A DNA stretch of 64,000 nucleotides, taken from an uncultured Acidimicrobiaceae bacterium (GTDB lineage Bacteria > Actinomycetota > Acidimicrobiia > Acidimicrobiales > Bog-793). Location: NCBI GenBank assembly GCA_963823945.1, contig CAWGNK010000014.1:93112-157111 (forward strand), in the 5' to 3' direction. Under the pieces are notes generated by a model. It worked only from the letters and a program-made list of their open reading frames with translations. It was not told the origin of the DNA and did not search any database. Shown in pieces: positions 9,288-19,069 of this stretch (its first letter is position 1; each line of letters begins with the position of its first letter). The translations under genes and the position numbers were made by a program.

Positions 9288-9899
9288 ATGTTCCAGGTTC
9301 GGATCCATGGGCGGGGCGGACAGGGCGTGGTCACGGCGGCGGAGCTGCTCGCCGTGGCGGCGTTCAACGACGGTCGGCACGCCCAGGCCTTCCCGAGCTT
9401 CGGTTCCGAGAGGACCGGTGCCCCGGTCGTCTCGTTCTGCCGCATCAGCGAGCGCGAGATCCGGACGCGTGCGCCGATCGACGAACCCGACGCGCTCGTG
9501 ATCCAGGACGCGACGCTGCTCCGCCAGGTGGGCCTGTTCGCCGGTCTAAGGCCCCAGGGCTGGGTGCTCGTCAACACGACGAAGTCCCTCGCGTCGACCG
9601 GCGTCGCGGGATCCGTGTCCGGACTGCCCGCCAACCACGTGCTCGAGCTGCGGGCGACGGAGATCGCCCTGCGGCACCTCGGCCGGCCGTTGCCGAACGC
9701 GGTGCTCCTCGGCGGCTTTGCCGCGCTCACCGGGGCGGTCTCGCTCGCGGCCGTCGTCACCGCGATCGAGGACCGCTTCTCGGGGGCGATGCGTGACGGG
9801 AATGTCGCCGCCGTGACCGAGGCGTTCAACCTGACCCGCGAGATGGTGGGGGCATGTGCGACTCGCGAGAGGAGTGCCGTCGGTGCTCCGCCAGATTGA
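9288..9899 (+). CDS. porC: Pyruvate/2-oxoacid:acceptor oxidoreductase gamma subunit
   Basis: MFQVRIHGRGGQGVVTAAE, QAFPSFGSERTGAPV. Confidence 0.93.
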   Translation: MFQVRIHGRGGQGVVTAAELLAVAAFNDGRHAQAFPSFGSERTGAPVVSFCRISEREIRTRAPIDEPDALVIQDATLLRQVGLFAGLRPQGWVLVNTTKSLASTGVAGSVSGLPANHVLELRATEIALRHLGRPLPNAVLLGGFAALTGAVSLAAVVTAIEDRFSGAMRDGNVAAVTEAFNLTREMVGACATRERSAVGAPPD

Positions 9900-11136
9900 G
9901 GGGTCGCGGGCCGTCGCCGAGGCGGTGGCGCTGTGCCGCCCGCGGGTGGTCTGCGCCTACCCGATCTCGCCGCAGACGCACATCATCGAGGGCGTCGGTT
10001 CGCTCGTGCGATCGGGGCGGCTAAAGCCCTGTGAGTTCATCAACGTCGAGTCGGAGTTCGCCGCGATGTCGGTCTCGATCGGCGCCGTCGCGACCGGGGC
10101 CCGGGCCTACACGGCGACGTCGAGCCAGGGGCTGCTCTACATGGCGGAGGCCGTCTTCAACGCCTCCGGTCTCGGACTGCCGATCGTGATGACGGTGGCG
10201 AACCGGGCACTCGGCGCGCCGATCAACATCTGGAACGACCATTCGGACGCGATGGCGCTGCGCGACTCGGGGTGGGTCCAGCTCTTCGCCGAGACGAATC
10301 AGCACGCCGTCGACCTGCACATCCAGGCCTTCCGGCTTGCCGAGCAGCTCAGCGTGCCGGTGATGGTCTGCATGGACGGTTTCATCCTCACCCACGCCGT
10401 GGAACGGGTCGAGATCCCGACCCAGGAGCAGGTCGACCGCTACCTGCCCCCGTTCGTGCCGCAACAGATCCTCGATCCGGCCGCACCGGTCTCGATCGGC
10501 GCGATGGTCGGGCCGGAGGCCTACACCGAGGTCCGCTACCTCGCCCACTGCCGCCAGCTCGAGGCGCTCGTCCGTATCCCGGAGAACGCGGCCGAGTTCG
10601 CGCGCGTCGTGGGGCGTCCGAGCGGCGGGCTCGTCTCGGCCTACCGGTGCGAGGACGCCGAGACGATCGTCGTCGCGCTCGGATCGGTCGTCGGCACCGT
10701 GAAAGACGTCGTCGACCAGCTGCGCGAGGAGGGCCTGAAGATCGGCGTCGCCGCCGTGACGACCTTCCGGCCGTTCCCCGAGCAGGCGCTGGGGCTGGCG
10801 CTCGAGGGGGCGCACCGCGTCGTCGTCATCGAGAAGGCCTTCGCCGTCGGCGGTCGCGGGATCCTCGGTGCCCAGGTCGAGGCGCTCGTCTCGGACCGTG
10901 GCACGAGGACCTACACGGTTGTCGCCGGCCTCGGCGGCCGGCCGATCCCGGAGGCGTCGCTGCGACGGGTCTTCGGCGAGGCGATCCGGGGCGAGCTCGG
11001 CGCAGTGAGCTTCCTCGATCTCGACCGGGGTGTCGTCGACCGGGAGCTCGCCCGCAGGGCGGAGGACCCCCGCAGGGAACCGAGCGCTACGCGGGTCGAG
11101 CGCGCGGCAGCCGAGCACGCGGCGCGGATCGTCTAG
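9883..11136 (+). CDS. porA: Pyruvate/2-oxoacid:acceptor oxidoreductase alpha subunit
   Basis: AYPISPQT, VESEFAA, TATSSQGL, NRALGAPINIWNDHSD; AGGAG RBS. Confidence 0.93.
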   Translation: MLRQIEGSRAVAEAVALCRPRVVCAYPISPQTHIIEGVGSLVRSGRLKPCEFINVESEFAAMSVSIGAVATGARAYTATSSQGLLYMAEAVFNASGLGLPIVMTVANRALGAPINIWNDHSDAMALRDSGWVQLFAETNQHAVDLHIQAFRLAEQLSVPVMVCMDGFILTHAVERVEIPTQEQVDRYLPPFVPQQILDPAAPVSIGAMVGPEAYTEVRYLAHCRQLEALVRIPENAAEFARVVGRPSGGLVSAYRCEDAETIVVALGSVVGTVKDVVDQLREEGLKIGVAAVTTFRPFPEQALGLALEGAHRVVVIEKAFAVGGRGILGAQVEALVSDRGTRTYTVVAGLGGRPIPEASLRRVFGEAIRGELGAVSFLDLDRGVVDRELARRAEDPRREPSATRVERAAAEHAARIV

Positions 11137-11146
11137 GGATCCCGCC

Positions 11147-12157
11147 GTGACCGAGCAGACGACGTTCTACCAGGTGGGCAGCCTCGCGGTGGGCAACCGC
11201 CTCGTCGACCCGCACCTGCGCACGGTGCAGTCCGACCGCCTCCGCCCGAACGCGCTCACCTCGGGCCACCGGGCCTGCCAGGGGTGCGGCGAGGCGCTCG
11301 GCGCCCGCTTCGTCCTCGACGCGGCGATGGCCGTGACCGACGGGCAGTTGATCGTCGTCAACGCCACGGGGTGCCTGGAGGTCTTCTCGACGCCGTATCC
11401 CGAGACCTCGTGGCAGGTCGCCTGGATGCACTCGCTGTTCGGCAACACCGCCGCCGTCGCCACCGGCGTCGCCGCGGCCCTCAAGGTGCGTGGCGACACC
11501 GCCACCCGGGTCGTCGCCCAGGCGGGCGACGGGGGAACCGTCGACATCGGTTTCGGCTGCCTCTCGGGGATGTTCGAACGCAACGACGACGTCCTGTTCG
11601 TCTGCTACGACAACCAGGCCTACATGAACACCGGGGTGCAGCGCTCCGGATCGACGCCCGCCGCGGCGCGCACCGCCACCACCGAGGCCCGGGGCCGCGA
11701 GCCCGGCAACGCCTTCGGCCAGGGCAAGAACCTCCCGGCCCTCGCCGTGGCGCACGAGATCCCGTACGTCGCGACCGCCTCCGTCGCCTACCTCCACGAC
11801 CTCGAGGCGAAAGTCGGCCGGGCGATGGCGCTGCACGGCGCGCGCTACCTGCACGTCCTCGTGCCGTGCCCGCTCGGCTGGGGTGCGGCGTCCCGGGACA
11901 CGATCCGCCTCGCCCGCCTCGCCTGCGAGACGGGTCTGTTCCCCCTCTTCGAGGCGGCCGACGGGGAGATCCTCTCGGCGACGCCGATCCGGCACCGCGA
12001 GCCCGTCGAGGCGTACCTGCGTCCCCAGCGGCGTTTCGCCCACCTCTTCGCCGACCCGCCGCGCACCGACGACATCGCCCGCATCCAGGCGATCGCCGAC
12101 CGCAACATCCGCCGTTTCGACCTGCTGGGCGAGCGGGCCGGCAAGGGGTCGCGGTGA
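11147..12157 (+). CDS. porB: Pyruvate/2-oxoacid:acceptor oxidoreductase beta subunit (TPP-binding)
   Basis: GHRACQGCG, ATGCLEV, GDGG...DNQAYMNTGVQRS TPP motif, PCPLGW. Confidence 0.93.
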   Translation: MTEQTTFYQVGSLAVGNRLVDPHLRTVQSDRLRPNALTSGHRACQGCGEALGARFVLDAAMAVTDGQLIVVNATGCLEVFSTPYPETSWQVAWMHSLFGNTAAVATGVAAALKVRGDTATRVVAQAGDGGTVDIGFGCLSGMFERNDDVLFVCYDNQAYMNTGVQRSGSTPAAARTATTEARGREPGNAFGQGKNLPALAVAHEIPYVATASVAYLHDLEAKVGRAMALHGARYLHVLVPCPLGWGAASRDTIRLARLACETGLFPLFEAADGEILSATPIRHREPVEAYLRPQRRFAHLFADPPRTDDIARIQAIADRNIRRFDLLGERAGKGSR

Positions 12158-13781
12158 GCGAGCACCCGTTCGCGATCACGCTCGACGCCGGGTCGAGCCG
12201 GGAGAACCGCACCGGGTCGTGGCGGGTCGAGCGGCCCGTCTACGCCGACCGCCTGCCGCCGTGCAACGACGCCTGCCCGGCCGGCGAGAACATCCAGCGC
12301 TGGCTGTACGAAGCCGGGGCCGGGGACTACGAGGCGGCGTGGCGCGGGCTCGTCGAGGACAACCCGCTGCCCGCGACCTGCGGGCGGGTCTGCTTCCACC
12401 CCTGCGAGGCGGCCTGCAACCGGGGCCAGCTCGACGAGGCCGTCGGCATCCACGCCGTCGAGCGGTTCCTTGGCGACACGGCGATCGCGCACGGCTGGCG
12501 GCTGCCCGAGTGCGTCCCCGCGACGGGACGGCGGGTGCTCGTCGTCGGGTCCGGCCCGTCGGGGCTCTCCGCCGCCTACCACCTCCGCCGGGCCGGGCAC
12601 GAGGTCGTCGTGCGCGAGGCGGCGCCCAGGCCGGGGGGATGCTGCGTTACGGCATCCCGAAGTACCGGCTGCCCCGCGAGGTGATCGACGCCGAGATCTC
12701 GGCGATTCAGGACCTCGGGGTCGAGATCCGCTGCGATGCGGGCGTGGCCGACATCGCCGCGGCGATGGCGGAGGGCTCTTTCGACGCGGTGTACCTCGCC
12801 CTCGGCGCCCAGCTGTCGCACCGCGTGCAGATCCCGGCCGCCGACTCGGCCCGCCTGCTGGACGCGCTCGCCTTCCTGGCGGGCACGGAGACGGCGGAGC
12901 CGGCGGCGATCGGCCGCCGCGTCGTCGTCTACGGCGGCGGCGACACCGCGATGGACGCGGCCCGCAGCGCCAAGCGGCTCGGCGCGACCGACGCCGTGAT
13001 CGTCTACCGGCGCAACCGCCAGAAGATGCCCGCCCACGCCGCCGAGGTCGCCGAGGCGCTCGCCGAGGGGGTGACGGTGCGCTGGATGTCGACGATCTCG
13101 CGAGTGGACGGCCACAAGGTCCTCGTCGAGAAGATGGAGCTCGATTCCGCCGGTTTCCCGCAGCCGACCGGAGAGTTCGCCGACCTCGACGCCGACTGCG
13201 TGATCCTGGCGCTCGGCCAGGACGCCGATCTCGCGCCGCTCGCGGCCCTCGAGGGCGTCGAGGTGCGCGACGGCCTCGTGGTGGTCGACGCCCAGATGAT
13301 GACCGGCCGCCCCGGCGTCTTCGCCGGGGGCGACATGGTCCCGGCCGAGCGCACCGTCACCGTCGCCGTCGGGCACGGCAAGCGCGCCGCCCGCAACATC
13401 GACCGTTGGCTCGGGGGCGAAGCCGAGGGGCCGACGCCCCGTCACGAGCTCGCCTCGTTCGAGACGCTGAACACGTGGTACTACGCGGACGCCCCCCGCA
13501 CGGCCCAGCCCGAGCTGGACGCCGAGCTGCGCCAGGCCGGGTTCGAGGAGGTCGTGGGCGGGCTCGACGACTCCAAGGCGCTTTTCGAGGCGCGCCGCTG
13601 CCTGTCGTGCGGCAACTGTTTCGAGTGCGACAACTGCTATGGAATCTGCCCCGACAACGCGGTGTCTAAGCTCGGGCCCGGCGAGCGGTACGCGTTCGAC
13701 TACGACTACTGCAAGGGCTGCGGCATCTGCGTCGCCGAATGCCCCTGCGGCGCGATCGTCATGGTGCCGGAGCTGATCTGA
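12154..13781 (+). CDS. PorD-like ferredoxin domain fused to GltD/SudA-like FAD/NAD(P) oxidoreductase; 1-nt frameshift near 12633-12638
   Basis: TGSWRVERPV, PCNDACP, GRVCFHPCE, GSGPSGLSAA in one frame; GGMLRYGIP, GGGDTAMD, YRR, CFECDNCYGICP, DYDYCKGCGICVAECP in the next; break at a G6 run. Confidence 0.85.
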
Positions 13782-13905
13782 ATCACGTATCGGCTGCGGC
13801 GCGACCGGCCGCTCTGGATCGATTGGACGGGGGTCGGCGGCGCCCGGGTGCGCCGACGGCCCCTCTGGTGGGTGCCGAGGTGACTCGGGCCACCCAAGGA
13901 GGAAG

Positions 13906-15144
13906 ATGATGGCTGATCGGGCGGAACCGTCCGCGGCGTCACAGGCGCCAAAGAAGGGCCCCACGGAAGCCGCCGAGCCTTCGGTGGCCGTCGTGCGCGA
14001 GGCGGCCGAAGGTGAGCGGCGGGTCGCAGTCGTCCCCGACGACGTCGGCAAGCTCCACCAGGCGGGCTTCGCCGTCATGGTCGAGAAGAACGCGGGCCGG
14101 CAGGCGTGGTTCTTCGATGACGCCTACGTCCAGGCGGGGGCGACCGTCGCCGACCGGGCGAAGTGCCTGGCGAAATCCGACGTCGTCCTCTACGTGGGGC
14201 GGCCCTCGGCCGCCGACGTGAAGAAGCTGCGTCCCGGCCAGGTCGTCGTCGGCCTGCTCGCCCCGCTGGTCGACCCGGGGTGCGCGGGCCTGCTCGCGGG
14301 ACACGGCGTCACCGCCGTGAGCCTCGACAACCTGCCGCGCACCCTCAGCCGCGCCCAGTCGATGGACGCGCTGAGCTCACAGGCGAACATCGCCGGCTAC
14401 AAGGCCGCCCTCGTGGCGGCGGGCGCCTACGGGCGCTACTTCCCGCTCCTCATGACGGCGGCCGGGACCGCCCGTCCCGCCGAGGTGCTCGTGCTCGGCG
14501 CCGGGGTGGCGGGGCTGCAGGCGATCGCGACCTGCCACCGGCTCGGCGCCATCGTCCGTGGCTACGACGTGCGTCCCGAGGCGAAGGAGCAGGTCGAGTC
14601 GCTCGGTGGTCGCTTCGTCGAGCTGAAATCGGTCGGCGAGGCGGTCGGCGAGGGCGGCTACGCCCGGGCCCTCACCGCCGAGGAGACCAAGGCGCAGCAG
14701 GAGGAGCTGAACGGGCACATCGCCCAGCACGACGTCGTCATCACGACGGCGCAGGTGCCGGGCCGGCGCCCGCCGTTGCTCGTCACGGCGGGGGCCGTGG
14801 GGGCGATGCGTGCCGGGTCGGTGATCGTCGACATGGCGGCGAGCGAGCTCGGCGGCAACGTCGAGGGGTCCCGTCCCGACGACACGGTCGTCACGGAGCA
14901 CGGGGTGACGATCATCGGGGCCGGCAGCCTTCCCTCGACGATGGCGGGCGCGGCGTCGACGGCGTACTCGCACAACATCTGCGCGCTTGTCGCCCACCTC
15001 GCCGCCGACGGGAAGGTGGCCATCGACCTCACCGACGAGATCCAGGCCGGTGTGGTCATCACCCACGCAGGAAAGGTGGTCAACCCCGCGACCGCGGAAC
15101 TGGCGGGGGCGGCCACCGGCAAACCACTAGCGAACGGAGCCTGA
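13906..15144 (+). CDS. pntA: NAD(P) transhydrogenase alpha subunit part 1
   Basis: GERRVA, RAQSMDALSSQANIAGY, GAGVAGLQA, GEGGYAR, DMAASELGGN. Confidence 0.95.
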   Translation: MMADRAEPSAASQAPKKGPTEAAEPSVAVVREAAEGERRVAVVPDDVGKLHQAGFAVMVEKNAGRQAWFFDDAYVQAGATVADRAKCLAKSDVVLYVGRPSAADVKKLRPGQVVVGLLAPLVDPGCAGLLAGHGVTAVSLDNLPRTLSRAQSMDALSSQANIAGYKAALVAAGAYGRYFPLLMTAAGTARPAEVLVLGAGVAGLQAIATCHRLGAIVRGYDVRPEAKEQVESLGGRFVELKSVGEAVGEGGYARALTAEETKAQQEELNGHIAQHDVVITTAQVPGRRPPLLVTAGAVGAMRAGSVIVDMAASELGGNVEGSRPDDTVVTEHGVTIIGAGSLPSTMAGAASTAYSHNICALVAHLAADGKVAIDLTDEIQAGVVITHAGKVVNPATAELAGAATGKPLANGA

Positions 15145-15148
15145 GTCG

Positions 15149-15475
15149 ATGGATACGAGTCTCATCACTGACGTCACGATCTTCGTGCTCAGTCTTCTCG
15201 TGGGGTTCGAGGTGATCTCCAAGGTCCCCCAGACGCTCCACACGCCGTTGATGTCGGCCGCGAACTCCATTCACGGGGTCGTGATCGTGGGCGCCTTCCT
15301 CATCGCCTCGACGGCGCACAACACGGTCGGCTACGTGCTCGCCTTCATCGCGGCGGCGTTCGCGGGCATGAACGTCGTCGGCGGCTACACGGTCACCGAC
15401 CGGATGCTCCAGATGTTCCAGCGTCGTCCGGCCCCGGCCGCCAAGGAAGCGACCGAGAAGGGGGGTAACTCCTGA
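15149..15475 (+). CDS. pntA: NAD(P) transhydrogenase alpha subunit part 2
   Basis: LHTPLMSAANSIHG, NVVGGYTVTDRMLQMF. Confidence 0.95.
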   Translation: MDTSLITDVTIFVLSLLVGFEVISKVPQTLHTPLMSAANSIHGVVIVGAFLIASTAHNTVGYVLAFIAAAFAGMNVVGGYTVTDRMLQMFQRRPAPAAKEATEKGGNS

Positions 15476-16946
15476 TGGGCGCCCTCACCGCATCTCTCAC
15501 GTTGCACCTCGCCTCCCCGTCGTACGCCTTCGAGGACGGCATCACGCTCATCTTGTTGCTCGCCGCGACGTGCTTCGTCATCGGCCTCCACCTGATGAAC
15601 GCGCCACCGACGGCGAACCACGGGAACCGGCTGTCGGCGCTCGGCATGGCCGTCGCCGTCGCGGCGACCCTCGCCCTCATCGCCCACGACGGGACGATCA
15701 CGACGACCGGCTGGCTGATGCTGGCCGTGGGCGGCGTCCTCGGCTCCGCCATCGGGCTGTACCTCGCGCGCTCGGTCGAGATGACGGCGATGCCGCAGCT
15801 GGTGAGCCTGTTCAACGCCGTCGGCGGCGGCGCGGCGGCGCTCGTCGCGATCGCCGACTTCGTGCGCCTCGCGGGGATCGCCGGCGCGCCGACGATCGCG
15901 GCGAGGATCTCGGTGACGAGCGTCCTCGACGTCGTGATCGGCGCCGTGACGCTGTCGGGCTCGATCGTGGCGGCGGGCAAGCTGCAGGGCTTCATCCCGT
16001 CGAACCCGGTCGTCATCCCCGGCGGCCGCTTCATCAACCTCGTGCTGGCCCTCGGGCTGTGCGCCGGGACCGGGTACATCCTGTCGGGGGCGAACAGCGA
16101 CATCACGCTGATCGGGATCGCCGTCGCCGCCCTCGTCATGGGCGTGATCATGGTCATGCCGATCGGCGGCGCGGACATGCCGGTCGTGATCTCGCTGCTG
16201 AACGCCTTCACCGGGACGGCCGTCGCGATGGCGGGGTTCGTCATCAACAGCCTCGGGCTGATCATCGCCGGCGCCCTCGTCGGCGCCTCCGGCAGCATCC
16301 TCACGAAGCTGATGGCCGACGCGATGAACCGCTCGATCCTCAACATCGTCGCCGGCGGGTTCGGCACCGGCGACACGGCGAGCGTGATCGGCGCCGGTGC
16401 CACGGGCCAGGTGCGCTCGGTCGGGGCGGACGACGTCGCGATCCAGCTCGCCTACGCGCAGAAGGTGATCATCGTCCCGGGCTACGGGTTGGCCGCCGCC
16501 CACGCCCAGCACTCGGTGAAGGAGCTGGCGGACCTGTTGGAAAAGCGCGGGGTCGAGGTGTCCTACGCCATCCACCCGGTAGCCGGCCGGATGCCGGGCC
16601 ACATGAACGTCCTGCTCGCCGAGGCCGAGGTTCCCTACCAGGAACTGAAGACGATGGAGGAGATCAACCCGGAGTTCCCCGCGCCGACGTCGCCCTGGTG
16701 ATCGGGGCGAACGACGTGACGAATCCGGCCGCCCGCCGGCCCGGCAACGCCGTCTCGGGCATGCCGATCCTCGACGTCGACAAGGCGAAGAGCATCATCG
16801 TCATCAAGCGCTCGATGGGCTACGGCTACGCCGGCATCGACAACGAGCTCTACACCGACCCGAAGACGGGCATGTTCTTCGCCGACGCGCAGGCCGGCCT
16901 GCGGGCCATCACCGCGGCGGTGAAGACCCTGGTGGGGGTGGACTGA
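15475..16946 (+). CDS. pntB: NAD(P) transhydrogenase beta subunit; 1-nt frameshift near 16677-16680
   Basis: MPQLVSLFN, GGADMPVVISLLN, HPVAGRMPGHMNVLLAEA; C-terminus ADVALVIGANDVTNPAA...GYAGIDNELY continues in shifted frame after a C4 run. Confidence 0.92.
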
Positions 16947-16964
16947 CCTTTCGCGCTGCCGTCA

Positions 16965-16998
16965 CGGCACCGGCGGGACGAACGACCCGCCGGTGCCG
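16965..16998. terminator. Stem-loop, probable terminator between convergent genes
   Basis: CGGCACCGGCGGG / CCCGCCGGTGCCG perfect 13-bp stem with 8-nt loop, no U-tract. Confidence 0.65.
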
Positions 16999-17075
16999 GG
17001 ACGGCGCGCGCCGCGGTCATTCCCCGGTGAGGTCGCGCCCGCCCGCCCGGCGACGGGCGATGCCGCGTCGCCGGG

Positions 17076-18038
17076 TCAGCCGCCTCGGGCCAGGGTGATC
17101 TCCTGGATGTTGCCGTAGCCGGGCGTCCCGACGAAGTCGTAGAGGGTGCGGCCGTCAGGCGAGAGGGCGAGCGCGACGGAGTCGAGGGCGGCGGGGATCA
17201 CACGCTCGACGTCCTCGGTGGCGGACGTGATGATCGAGACGTTCATCGTCGTGGCCGTCCGTTTCAGGACGTAGATGCGGTCACCGTCGGGCGAGGCGGC
17301 CACCGCGACGGCCGGGTTCCCCGTGGAGAAGGCGGCGAGCGTCCCGCCCGAGGCGAGCGAGGTCTCCTCGAGGACACCCGAGCGCTGCAGGGTCCAGACG
17401 GCTGTCTCGGACCGGTCGGGGACGATCCCGATGGGGTCGCGGGGCACGCCGACCGCACCGGCGACGCGGAATGACGAGGTGCTGAGGCGTGTGACCTCCA
17501 TCGAGGCCGCCGTGCCGTTGAGCACGTAGAGCGTCTTGCCGCCGTAGCCGAAAGCGAGCGCCCGCACGGGGCCCCTGACGGCGACCGAGCGGATCCGGCG
17601 ACCCGTCGTCGCATCGAGAAACACGACCGCACCGGTTGTCGGCCGCGCAAGCCCGAGGGCGAGGAGGCCCCGCGACGACCCGGCGACGCACGTCGCCGTG
17701 GGGCTCACCGCGACGGAGTGCCACTTCTCGCCCGTCGAGGGCGCGAACCGGCCGAGCCGCATCGCCGACCGGTTCCCGTAGAGGGCCCAGATGGCACCGC
17801 CGGGCAGGGGCGCAGTCCCGTCGACGAGAGCCCTGGGAGCCGGGATGATCCTCACCGGTTTGACCGGCGCGGTGGCGGGCGCCCGCCGCGCACCGGAGGC
17901 GGCAGGGGCAACGCACGCCAGCGCGAGCAGCGTCGCCGTGAGGATCACACCCGCCCGCCGCCGTGGTGGCGTGGCGACGAGATGGCGGTGTCGGCCACCC
18001 GCCCGTGGCGGAACAACGAGAGATCCTGGTTCCCCCAT
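17076..18038 (-). CDS. Secreted YncE/YVTN-like beta-propeller protein (start uncertain)
   Basis: Signal-like VILTATLLALACVAPAA; repeated A.SPDG..LYV blades. Confidence 0.7.
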   Translation of the reverse strand: MGEPGSLVVPPRAGGRHRHLVATPPRRRAGVILTATLLALACVAPAASGARRAPATAPVKPVRIIPAPRALVDGTAPLPGGAIWALYGNRSAMRLGRFAPSTGEKWHSVAVSPTATCVAGSSRGLLALGLARPTTGAVVFLDATTGRRIRSVAVRGPVRALAFGYGGKTLYVLNGTAASMEVTRLSTSSFRVAGAVGVPRDPIGIVPDRSETAVWTLQRSGVLEETSLASGGTLAAFSTGNPAVAVAASPDGDRIYVLKRTATTMNVSIITSATEDVERVIPAALDSVALALSPDGRTLYDFVGTPGYGNIQEITLARGG

Positions 18039-18312
18039 GCCGCAGCCGACTGTACGACGAATCGCCCGGCCGCTGCCTGGCCGGCGGGACGGACCCGGTT
18101 GCGTCCCGCCATCGCCCGCCGGCGCCCCGGTCTCCCACCTCGCGCCACTGCCCCCGGGCCGGCTCCCGGCGGGCGCCGCGACGGTTTCTTCCCTCATCGG
18201 GCCTCTCGCGCCCAACGACGTAACTGCAGGGGAGCCGGCGGGCCCGAGGAGGGCGGCCCAGGTGGGGGACGCTCCCGCGTCAGGGCAGGCCGGGAGGGTG
18301 AGCGAACGGAAT

Positions 18313-18367
18313 GTGGTTGACGGTGGAGGGATCGACACGTAGAGTGGCGCGAAGTGGAGGGCAGGGG
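18313..18367 (+). promoter_or_regulatory. dcw/mraZ sigma-A promoter with MraZ-type GTGG repeats
   Basis: TTGACG (18317-18322)-N17-TAGAGT (18340-18345); GTGG at 18313, 18323, 18344, 18354 and GGGG at 18364 with about 10-bp spacing. Confidence 0.75.
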
Positions 18368-18420
18368 AGCGGAGTCACCCCAACGGCGACCCGTGGTGAT
18401 CAGAAGGAAGGACAACCACG

Positions 18421-18843
18421 TTGGGCCCCGAGAGCAGCTTCTTTGGAAGGTTCGAGCACTCTCTCGACTCTAAGTGCCGGCTGATTCTCCCTGCACGCTT
18501 CCGCAACCGCCTCGGCAACTACTGCTTCCTGACCCCGCATCTCGAGAACTGTGTCGCGATCTGGACGCCGGAGACCTTCCAGGCCGAGATCGAACTCCGG
18601 GAGAAGTCCGCCGTCGACACCTGGTCGCGCAACCAGGTGCGCGAGTGGTCCTCGGCCATCGACGAGATGGCGATCGACGGCCAGGGCCGGATCCTCGTCG
18701 CCCCGGACCTGCGGGACCACGCCGGTCTCGTCCGCGAGGTGCTGGTCGTCGGGGTCATCGACCACGTCGAGTTGTGGTCCCCGGCGAAGTGGAACGCCAA
18801 GGAGCTCGCGCCGGACGGCGCGGGTGTCGCGACCGACGCGTGA
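18421..18843 (+). CDS. mraZ: Division/cell wall cluster transcriptional repressor MraZ
   Basis: FFGRFEHSLDSKCRLILPARFR and IDGQGRI..GVIDHVELWS duplicated AbrB-type motifs. Confidence 0.93.
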   Translation: MGPESSFFGRFEHSLDSKCRLILPARFRNRLGNYCFLTPHLENCVAIWTPETFQAEIELREKSAVDTWSRNQVREWSSAIDEMAIDGQGRILVAPDLRDHAGLVREVLVVGVIDHVELWSPAKWNAKELAPDGAGVATDA

Positions 18844-18926
18844 TCGTGCCGGTGACCGACCGTGTCCGCCTGCATCCTCATCGTGGGGTGCGCACGCCTC
18901 CGCACCACGTCTGCCCGCTATCGAAC

Positions 18927-19069
18927 AACGTCCCCTGGCCCATCCGCAGCCTCCCGGCTGCGGCCAAGGATGGCCAGCATCAACCCCTCTCCGCCGATCT
19001 CCATCCGTTCTGCAGGGCGACCTTCGCCCGGCCAGCGGTCGGGGGGCTGCGGATGAGCCAGGGGACGTT
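18927..19069 (+). repeat. Long imperfect inverted repeat covering the rsmH RBS and start codon
   Basis: 18927-18965 is complementary to 19030-19069 (about 38 pairs including G-U, one mismatch, one bulge). Confidence 0.85.

Noticed and set aside
13880-13893. GTGACTCGGGCCAC as a DosR-like box before pntA
   Set aside because: Single site next to the RBS with no matching promoter geometry; may be chance
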